From the human T2T-CHM13v2.0 reference genome, Homo sapiens: a DNA stretch of 64,000 nt. Made by a program: the position numbers and the translations under genes. The stretch lies in assembly GCF_009914755.1 (NCBI RefSeq), contig NC_060940.1, one strand, 5' to 3'. This document shows, one piece after another, positions 53,159-64,000 of this stretch. Position 1 is the first letter of the stretch; each line of letters opens with the position of its first letter. Under the pieces are notes generated by a model. The model was given only the letters and a program-made list of their open reading frames with translations. It was not told the origin of the DNA and did no database searches.

Positions 53159-53998
53159 GAACTTTGCCCCTCAAGACCCTTAACGGCATCCCTAGCAAAC
53201 AGTAAGATCTGATGAGTATTTGTTTGATGATAAAACAATGAGTTGTCAGCAAAAGGAACAATATTTAACCTAGTTTTTCTCTCACTAGTAAATTTTCAAT
53301 TAGTTTCCATTACTATATTTAGAATGCCTGCATAATGAGAGCAGAATGCTAGCTTTATGCCCTTGAGTGAATCATTTTCTCTTCAACCTTCTTAATTTAC
53401 TGAAGCAAAAGAATGGATTGGATAAACACGTAAGTTTTTTGAGAAACCTCTGCTGAAAACTCAATTATAAATCATTGGGCTTTTAATTTTATTTACGTGT
53501 TTAGATTTTGAATGTTAAACTTATTTGTGAAAATCATTCTCTGTTAAGACCTTTTAAATATAATACCATTTTGCTTAGATGGATTTCACAATTTCATTTC
53601 AAGTGAAAAATAATATAATCCATTTATATATATGATCAAGTTTTAGTGCAATAGCTCTTACCGGAATTATGAAAATTCATTGAATTAACTTTTCTTTAAA
53701 TTGCAGCATGTCTCCTCAACACTGTCCTGAGGAAAACAGAAGCTCACTTTGGTGTAAGAGAAAATTATTACTAGGCAATTCTGTTGCATGTTATTTAAGT
53801 TGGTATACAACTATGTATTTTTTTTCAAGTCCCAACAAACGACAGCACCCAATTACTGTGACCCACGTGAGTTGTTTGTCTGGCACTTCCCTGGTTTTAG
53901 TATTGAAATTCTTAAATTCAGAGAAACACCTCAGCCCTGGGCAAATCATAGTAGCCAGTAACCCTAAATGAAATAAAAGAAAATGGAAGTATCTAGAA

Positions 53999-54543
<545 letters not shown>

Positions 54544-55089
54544 CATGGAAACACTTAAAATGCTTCTTTGATGCTCTAGAAGGTTTTTGCTTCCTTGATC
54601 AAAGTGTAGTTCTATCCATATTTTTTTCTTTTTAAAATATTTATAGGTTTAACATGGGAATTCTTTTTTTTTTTCCTTAAAGTATATTTCTTATTTCTGA
54701 AAAAAAAAATCTTACTTTTTGGCCTCATTATAAATGAAATCAATTTTGTTGTTTTAAGTAGGATATATCTGTTGTTTTTTTTCCTCCAGTTTTGTGCCAT
54801 TAAACCAGCAAACCCTATTTTCCCACTATAGTAACTTCAGGAAACTGACATTTTAACATCTTGCATTAAGGATATCACCCTCTGTAATCAATTGCCTTCA
54901 TCCTGATAAAGACTTCACTGGTACTGTCTCCCTTATTCTAAAACCTTGGCTCTTCACTGTCCCTACTGGAGGTCTCTCTGGGATCCGTCACTCATTCAGA
55001 AGTATACAGTACCACATTTTAAATTCATTGTTCTACATGCATTCTGATTCCACTCAGTTCTTGGCTCAAATTTTCCAGATATAGGCAGA

Positions 55090-55485
55090 GTACGGTAGAT
55101 ACTGTGGTGCTCTGCCCAAATTCCTCTTCAGGGTCCAAGCCTCCATGCCCCAACTCCTGGCAATACTGGCTGTCAGTAGCTCACAGCCTTGTACTTCACT
55201 GGGCATTTTCTCAGCCACAAGTGGTGCTTGGCTGATGCAGAGGTGCACAGGTCCAGCACCTTGACTCAATGTTGGATGACTCTAACGGGCCAGTCCAGCC
55301 TCAGAGTCCTGTAGGATTTTCTGAGGCCTCTATTGTAATTTTGTTTTAGGCTAGCATTTTTCTCTGCCCAATTCTGCCTTCCTCATTTTCTTACAGGTGC
55401 AATATCTGAGAGCACTCCCAAGTTAACCCTCTGTATGCAACTCCCCATCACACGGTATCTTTCCAGGGAACTTACTCTGCATTGC
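55090..55485 (+). mobile_element. LTR16-family ERVL solo LTR
   Basis: gatactgtggtgctctgcccaaattcctcttcaggg...tctctgcccaattctgccttcctca...gagagcactccc...tttccagggaac. Confidence 0.7.
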
Positions 55486-57257
55486 TCAGTGACCCAGCCC
55501 CAGGTTCACAGAATCCCTCCTTATGAAGTCCTTTGTGGCTGAGTCCTAACGTTGCTTATTCTTGCCCCATTGTTAAGAAGAGTACATTTCAACTAGCATC
55601 TCTGCATGGTATATTCAGGATGAAAAATAAGACAAAACACCTGAAATTCTTACATAAAATTGAGTCTGCCTTACCACAAACTCCATTAAATCACTGAATA
55701 GTAAAAGTTTAGGATATCAGTCACATAGAACTCCATTTATATTCATCCAAAACAGCAACTACAACAAAACCCAGAATGTAATGTCACATCTATCTCTGTT
55801 AGCGCATCTGTCAAACTGGATTTCCATGCAGCTTTTTAAAAAGCTAATAGGAAACATCAGCAAATCAGCATCAGAAAATGCCTAGTGCTATTCAGACTTG
55901 GCTCCTCCTATATATTAAATTATATCTCCTTCCTAAATGAAAAATTAACAATGAATATTTTTATTGACCAAAAAAAAACCCCATAATGTTAACTTTAAGT
56001 TTTGGTCACAATGACTTTAAAATATTTTTAATATTCTTGTAGGTGATTGGTCCTTTAAGTTCTTACAGTCTCTCTCTGTTTCACCCGCCTCCACATATTC
56101 CCACTTTTTTACACTCATCCAAGCGCCTACCACCCTCTGCCATGAATCACAGGCCCCTTCCTGACTTTCAATCTTCTGATTCTTGGAGCACAAACCTGAT
56201 TTCTGCCAGGCACATGTGAACAGCTCTGTCCTTCCATCAATCATCTGTAAGACTCGATGACTAGGCAAGAGCAACTAACTTCTTGATTTTTTTTATCTTA
56301 TTTTAAGGTGTCAAAAGTGGAATTAATGGGCCACAGAAAGGTGCTATTAAAAAAAAAAAGCAGATACAGGAAGTGGAGTTTATGATCCAGAGACTAGGAG
56401 TTTGCTCTCGATGCACCACGTAAAAATATATTGGTTAAAATGACCTAAATGCATGTGGAGAAAGAGACTTCTGGAAACCGATATTGAGTATTACACATAA
56501 ATAGCATGTGCCTCTTTCCCCTTTTGAAAAGTGGTTTCCTCAAAGGTCAAATCAAGAAGATAATACATTCCACTTCAAATAGAGAAATTCTATTTTAATA
56601 TTCTGGTCAAGTCGTGGACAAGTATTCTGTGTATATGATCTAATTCATTCAAAAGACTCCTTCAAATGTACCCCCCTGAACTGGGCATGATTATCCAGAA
56701 TGATCCCTAAAAATAATTTCTTTTCAAAGATTTAAGCACTGTACTTCCCTTAAAACATGACAAGGTTGGACAGTAGACTATTGCTTTTCTACTTGGCAAT
56801 AAGATAAATATCTTCTTTCTCTAAGTAATTTGAGAAAGAAGATGGCTTTGGTTAAAAATGTCAGAGTCCTTACTAGCCAAAGTTTCAGAGCTTTATCCGG
56901 GCTTTTTACATCAAAGAAGAAGAGCAATTAAATAGTGCTGTATATGCTTCAGCTTTGCATGTGTTTTCAATTCTCTGCAGACCCAAGGTAAGCTAATAAG
57001 GGTGACATAAAGTAGAAACTATGGTGTAGAGGGTTATGCAATTGTGGAGCAGTTAGGACTTTTTGCTTCTTTTTTCAGAGGTTTAGCATGTTGTTTAAAA
57101 TGTATCCTTTTCAGGTATGTGTTTGCATATTTGAGATTGAGTGCGTGTATGAGTGGGTTTGTGTGTGATTCACACAAACACACTGCACATTGGAAAGTTG
57201 GAGACTTTAGAGTATTCGCACCCATGGTGCTGTCTTCCAAGGAGCATACATTGCTAA

Positions 57258-57607
57258 AACTCATAATGAATTGTCCTGCAGAGGAATCCCTTTGTGTTTT
57301 TAGTTTGTTTCTGGTTTTGCTTTCTTTTGATTTACAACTAAATTTATCCCACATTACGGAGAAGCATTACAAGGAAGAAGGACTTGAGACAAGACCAAAT
57401 CCTGAAGATAATATGTAGAACTTTCTATGAAGAACTCATAATGAATTGTCCTGCAGAAGAATCCCTTTGTGTTTTTAGTTTGTTTCTGGTTTTGCTTTCT
57501 TTTGATTTACAACTAAATTTATCCCACATTAGGGAGAAGCATTACAAGGAAGATGGACTTGAGACAAGACCAGATCCTGAAGATAGTATGTAGAACTTTC
57601 TATGAAG
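57258..57607. repeat. Two-copy 175-bp direct tandem duplication
   Basis: Units 57258-57432 and 57433-57607 differ by 5 substitutions and no indels. Confidence 0.97.
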
Positions 57608-57781
57608 TAGAATACAGTTAGGAATGTTAAATATCCCATAATTAATTAACTAATTCAATTAATGTATATTGAATTCTGCAACATTTAGGAACTGATCTAG
57701 CCATATTGAAGGTTATAAAAATGAATAAATCAAACCAAATCCCTTGTCCCTGTCTCTTTCTTTAGGTGTAAATTGCATTGA

Positions 57782-58213
<432 letters not shown>

Positions 58214-58224
58214 CATATTTGATT

Positions 58225-58400
58225 TTTTTTAAAGATCACCTTGGCTGTCAGGTAGAGAATGGACAGCAGGAAAGCAACAGGAAAAGTAGAAAGAACAAGT
58301 GAAAGGCTGTTACCACGATACAGGTGAAAGATCATGGTAGTATGAATTAGGTTTTTGGGAATGAGTGTGTTGATCAGTAGATGTCTAGAAAACATTTTTG
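58225..58400 (-). mobile_element. L2 fragment (host of the AluY)
   Basis: tttaaagatcaccttggctgtcaggtagagaatggac...gaaaggctgttaccacgatacaggtgaaagatcatggtag. Confidence 0.65.
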
Positions 58401-61400
58401 GAAGTTAGTTCTTGCAAGTCTTACACACTAAGGGTTCACTGAATTCTAAGACACCAGACAGATTCTTGAAGAAAAAAAAAGGTAGGCAGTAAAACTAATT
58501 GTGGCTCTTCCCAACACTCAATTCTCCGCTCAACACCGGGCAGAAGATGGAGGATTCTGTCATTGTCACAGTTCTATCAATGCTGAAAAATTACTGACAG
58601 TGACAAGCATCACAAGATCACAGTTAGTGGGGATGGGGCATGAGGTTGAAGAGCATCCACAGAGCCGGTGAATCTGGCGGCTTCCAAGATAAACCCTCCC
58701 CTTCCTGAACAGATTCTAAAGGGCAGTGACTCTGGAAATGTGGGGATGACAAAGAGACCAATTCCTAAAAATTTATCTGTATAAATGGTCTAGGAAAAGA
58801 AAATAGGCTCCCATCATCAGGAGCAGCTCATGTTCTGCCTTGTTCATTCTGTATTTTTCATGCCTTTGTATCATATCTGATGCACTGATGAGAATATTTC
58901 AGCACCTTCTATAGGCAACCAGGCAGAAGTGAAGAGCTGTCTCGTGACATGGAGCATGAAACAGAGCTCATTAAAACACAGACAAAGTTACTAACTCAAT
59001 TGCCCACTTTTTGGAAACTAGGGAAGGATACAGCCGTAAAGATCAAGGCACATCTTGGTATTTAGAGCTAAGATAACATCATCATGAAACATAGACTTCA
59101 TGTCATCAGAACTGAGGGACATTTTCCCACAACCAGCTTTTCTTCATACTACTTGTTCTTCAACTTTGTATTATATGACAAGGTAACATTTTTATGAACA
59201 AGTTGAGTGTCTGTGACCAGCTTTCCTATGAAATTAGTTTTGTCCCAAATGCCTGTTATTCCAGTTGTTAAATTACTTCGTGTCATGCTCCAAGGCTTAT
59301 ATAGTATACAACAATCAAATAGGAACAACACTTTGCATAGCATTAAATGCAAATATTCTCTGACACTCCAGCAAATGAATGACAGCCAAAAAAAAAAAAA
59401 TATGTGTTTGCTAAGGATCCTTGCTGTCCTGATTGCCAAGTGAGCCCAGCTAGGGAGATATTGACTTGCCAAGTGTCAGAACTGTGTTAATATTGTTATT
59501 ATTCTCTGTGAATGAAGTATATAATGCCATTTCCTCTAAAGGTATTATTGATAGTGAGGATTACCATTACAATTTGTATAATTATTGCAGCACCAATAAC
59601 TGTGTCCCCTTCATCAAATATTTATGTAACTATTCTAGCTCTTTCAGCAATGCTGATTATGAAGATGTTTGATGAACAGTTACATAGGATCCTTGCTATT
59701 CAGCTGAATTTTTAATTCAGCTGTAGTTTTGCTAGGCATGCAAGAGTGAGGAAAACTAGGGCTTTGATAAGATTTTACTTACAGGTCGATGAAGATGAAC
59801 CAGAGGGTATTTACCTGAATAAGAAAGCGTCTTGCTCCTTTGGTCAGCTAAATTTCCTGCTTCCTCACAAGTGGAATTGCTTCTGTCCTGCTGGAATCAA
59901 GTACATACCAGATTAGAAAGACAGGACTTTCTAGCAAAGTGAAAAGGGAAATAAAAGTGAAGACATTACAAAACTACACAGTTGTATGGATGGCCCACTT
60001 GGAATACCTTTCTCCCTCTGATATCACAAAAGACATATAAAAATCTGCTTGGAACTTCAGAGCTCAATCTCCTAGCCATCTTAGACCATGGGAATTGAAC
60101 CCTGACTCATTGCTGTTCATAGATTTGGTACTCTGGGATTTTGTACAGGTTGGGAGGGGAGGTGAATACTTGCCAGAAGAAGGTATATGTGGGGCAGGGT
60201 GAGATGTGGTAACATGGGAGTTTGAGATGGGATACAATAGAAATGAGAGAAGTCAAACTGGAAAAAAATTCCAATTGCCCCTAGGTTCAATAGAATAACC
60301 ATATTATTGCCACATAGCATCAAGTGAATGTCTGATGCAAAGCTCTCATTAGGAAAGTAATGTTTAAAAACCTACAAGTATTTGCTTAAGAAGGGGCAAC
60401 AGGGTTACATGCATTCTTAGCATTAAATTAAAACAGTGTCTGGTATGGTATTAAAAAGTCCCCACCACTATTGTACCATGAAGGCGATGGGCCATTAGCC
60501 TTCATTAACAAATCAGGGCCTGGGCTAACCCTGCTTTCTGTCTGATTATAAAGACTGTGATACAGTCCATGCCACTTAATCTGGACCCAGGTAATAAGCA
60601 CATCTTAATTAAGGTGCCCTGCTGGGAACCAATTTAATGCAATATATATAATAGGATTTCAATTGTGCTTTGGTGTCTTTGTGCAATATAATAGGGGTGG
60701 CTGGAGAAGCTTTATGTCACTAATTTCACAAACTGAATACAATCTCAGTATCTCAGCATGAGTATTTTGAAAGCTCAGAGGAGAAAAAAATGAAACCACA
60801 TCAACTTTAGAATGGTGTAAAGGGAACAGCTTTTAAATGCCTTTTCATCAGTGTCTCATTTTTAGAAGCTACGTTGAAGTGCACTGATGATAGTATCAAT
60901 TGATCTCTTCTCTTCTTGTAGAGACTTTGTAGGCTGTTCAATATTTCTTGCATTTTTTTATAAAAGTGTTTTCCCCCAAATTCCTTCTTTGATACATTTT
61001 AAGGAGAAAGAAGATCCACCTGCTATAGCAATTTGAAGAACAATAAAGTAGATAATGAGGAAACAATTAATAAAGTTAGCATGCTGTGTATTTATTTCTA
61101 ATACATTGTTTTTACTTTTATGAAAGTTAAGTAGTTTAATTTGACCAAAACACCTGCAATCATCTGCTTGTTCATCTATACATCCATTCATTTATTTGTC
61201 CATTCGTTTATCTATCATCCATTAATTCCAGTACTCAGTCATTCATTTATTCCACAAATTTTATTAAGCATCTATACACTTCTTAACATCTCATGTGAAT
61301 TAGTTAATATCTCAAGATACCAGACTCTCCACAGACTATGAGCACTGCAAAAGCCAACTAGATTAGCAGTGGCAACAGATGCGAAGAGCATCAGGATATG

Positions 61401-61683
61401 GGGCAGGGTGGTGAGGGGTTGCCAGAGGAGCTGACCCATGATCCAAGATGTGGACTTGGATGATTGATGATCATAAATGATTAGGAAGTGACTTCAGTCA
61501 GTGGAAAGAGGCTAAAAAGTTATTGCAATTTAGAATTTTATGTAAAATATTTTTGAAGTTTTCTTTTCTCAAGTCAATTTTATTCCAGAATATTTTCCAG
61601 TGATGGAATTTTGTCTGCACAATAAAATATTCCTAAAAGATTTTATTGTTGTTAATTTTCCTAACACCCTGAGATATCAATCT

Positions 61684-61735
61684 TATCCATCTATCTATCT
61701 ATCATCTATCTATCTATCCATCCATCCTTCTATCC
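61684..61735. repeat. Compound (TCTA)/(TCCA) STR
   Basis: tatccatctatctatctatcatctatctatctatccatccatcc. Confidence 0.8.
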
Positions 61736-62705
61736 AGAGAGCTTTCTGCTCTGCTTTTTGTTTTTGCTTTATTTTCCCTTTTCATTTGTATCCTAAGCAT
61801 TTTTCAGATTATCTTCTTTTTAGGCAGAGAGGGTGGAGAAGGATGGCAGGTTTCTTTAACATAACTCACTGAACTGTGATCTTCACATGAGTGAAGGCCT
61901 GGTGTGCAAACTGAGAAAGTTAACTCCCCAGGGGTTTACACATTGATGAGCTTTAAGGAATAAAAGATAAGGTCCTTAAATGTGTAACCTCCATTTTCTT
62001 TGGCAGAGAGTTCAAGAAAGCTCACAGCAGTGAACTGTAGCAAATGGAAACCTTGATTTCAATTGCAACACATTCTTGGGATTCATGGAAGGTGAGTTAA
62101 ATGGCTATACTCAATTTAATTAACTCACAATCAGTGGCATTTATCTGGCTAACACTTAATAGAATATCTACCAATTTTATCATATCTCTAAAACAATTAT
62201 ATACTTTAAAGTGAGCAAGTTCATTTTGATTTTCTTTACCTTAAACTCTGAAATTCAATGTTTTCTTAGATCAATTAGCAAATAGTTATTTAATAAATAT
62301 AACTAAATTATGTTCTAACTCTATTAATACAGATTATCCATCATAAACCAAACAATTGCTGAGAACTTATATTTTGCAAACAAATGTGAAAGAAAGAGAT
62401 AAAAGTTTGTCAAATGGAACTTCTTTCAAACTCATCACCATGACCATAGGGAGTACAAAATTATAAATAATAATCATACATGTTTATATAGTATTCCAAA
62501 CTTTATGAATCATTTAATGTACATTTTATGTGTTCATCCCGGTGACTCATCTCTGAGGGCAATGATGACTTTTCTTTTACAAATGAATAACTTGCAATTC
62601 AGAAAAGTTAGCATTGAAGAAATAACAACAGTTCAAACATGAATAAGTGAAATTTTGAGCTTGGGCTTTTCTTTCTAAGTGTTTGTGACTTCATGTGTCT
62701 TAAGT

Positions 62706-63266
62706 TGTAAGAATTAAAGAAAGAGGAAAGAAACATGAAGGGTGGCTCACCAGTCAAGACGGATTTATTTTAGAGAGAACAAACCTGAGAGGAGCTTCTG
62801 GCCAAGTTAGGTTAGAGGTACACTCTCTTACAGACTAAGAGTTTTTAAGGATTCAGGGTGGGAGAGTTTATCGGAGGCTTGGCTTGCTTCTGTGCCTCTT
62901 TGTTGTGCTTATCTGGGAGGGAGAGTTGTGTGTCTATTGCCATACATCTTTCTGCAACTGCAGGCATACCCCTTGAGTCTGCTTTTAGCTTCCCTATCTC
63001 AGTGCACCTGAAGGGAAAGGAATGTGCTTATTAAGGCCCACTGTTTTACTGGGGCCCATTGTATGAGGGTGAAGTTTGGCTGTTACCCAAGAGACTTTCC
63101 CTCCACCTCCCTCTGTGCCTGAGCTGTCTTATTTGTATTTTACTGTCTGCTCTCTTTGGCTGCTTAAAGTTAAAAGAGAAGTAATTTCCTTATAATATCT
63201 AAGGCTAAAAAGGGAGCTGAAAAAGTGGCGGTGTTTGTCCAAGATGATGGTGCTCCTGCTCTGTCA
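62706..63266 (-). mobile_element. LTR19-family (LTR19B-like) ERV1 solo LTR
   Basis: Reverse complement reads TGACAGAGCAGGAGCACCATCATCTTGGACAAACACCGCCAC...AAAATAAA...CTTTAATTCTTACA. 5-bp TSD taagt/caagt. Family name is from memory. Confidence 0.75.
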
Positions 63267-63399
63267 CAAGTGACACAGCAAAATCTCATACATTTGTACA
63301 TACATTTGTGAAATTTTAACAAATGCCGCTTTAATGTCTCCATATATAGACCTTTTCTAAAACACACGACAGATAACAAAAATTAAAACACTCAAGTTC

Positions 63400-63560
63400 T
63401 TTCACTTAGAGTGCTATGCTTTACTGGTAATCATTAGAGCAATCCTGTAGCTACTGTTATTATCTGCATTGAACTGATGAAAGGTTAGAGAGGTTAAGTG
63501 ACTTGCCCAAGGTGATTTAGTCTTGGAGCTTGTGCACGGTCCTAATCAGTGAGAGTCTTA
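63400..63560 (-). mobile_element. MIR fragment
   Basis: ctgatgaaaggttagagaggttaagtgacttgcccaaggt. Confidence 0.7.
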
Positions 63561-64000
63561 TGCACATACATGTCCTAGTGTTGCTCATGTCCATAAAGCA
63601 CTGGTTTTTATTGCCTCATCTATGCCATCTCAGGGTTCTAAATTTTATCCTAAATCAGGAAGTCATGTACGTTTGCCTCTTGATCTTGCCTGAGAGATTG
63701 CTGTTCTGTCATTCTCTGCACAAAAACATAAAGGCTGTTTGTAGAAACCTCAAGTTCTCAATAAAGTTCTGTTTGTGATTATATCTGAACTATTGGGTTT
63801 GCTAAATAGTTCCTAAGTTGCATATCAGTCTTTGTAAATGACTGCTGGTTGCCTGGATGACAGCAACAGCAATAACACTTTTTCCAATTAGCTCAAGGAT
63901 AAAATGGGTTAATTGGAAAGAATAGGGGGTTCCTTCCCAGCTGGAACTCATAGATGTGAAAAATCAATCATGTTCTCTCTCTCTCCCTAGCCTCTTATAG

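Noticed and set aside
57034-57593. Two ORFs sharing LIMNCPAEESLCVFSLFLVLL
   Set aside because: The shared peptide simply reflects the 175-bp DNA duplication; there is no recognisable protein homology.
57258-57607. CRISPR-like or minisatellite array interpretation
   Set aside because: Only two contiguous copies, no spacers, eukaryotic context and no cas genes.
63970-64000. Pyrimidine tract ending in TAG at the window edge
   Set aside because: Acceptor-like, but the downstream sequence is outside the window, so no exon can be assessed.

Overview
AT-rich, CpG-depleted primate (almost certainly human) genomic DNA, either intronic or intergenic. I find no host protein-coding exon, tRNA, rRNA, CpG island or CRISPR array. 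Much of the window is transposon-derived: about 13 Alu/FLAM copies, several 5'-truncated L1 3' ends (youngest is L1PA2-like at 50507-51296), at least ten solo LTRs (THE1C, MST, MLT1B, MLT2D, LTR9, MER61, LTR8, LTR16 and LTR19 families), hAT DNA transposons (MER1B, MER5, MER20, MER113-like), many MIR/L2 relics and several microsatellites. The ORF track is explained by Alu, L1 and simple-repeat sequence or by chance; only the L1 ORF2 C-terminal fragments have real protein homology. Subfamily names come from my recollection of consensus sequences, not a database search, and MIR/L2 boundaries are approximate. I could not identify the locus. The most unusual observations are: (1) a ~310-bp twin-primed retro-insertion at 28828-29137 with a perfect 15-bp TSD, whose cargo is an old L1MC fragment ending in a non-L1 ATTAAA/poly(A), which suggests a retrocopied 3' end of a host transcript; (2) a 175-bp tandem duplication at 57258-57607 in which 2 of only 5 differences fall on the AG and GT splice dinucleotides of a candidate 53-nt exon; (3) a chain of plus-strand candidate non-coding exons, microexons and a recursive splice site; (4) an Alu tail expanded into a ~390-bp purine/GGGCA compound repeat. 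None of this demonstrates a new biological system.
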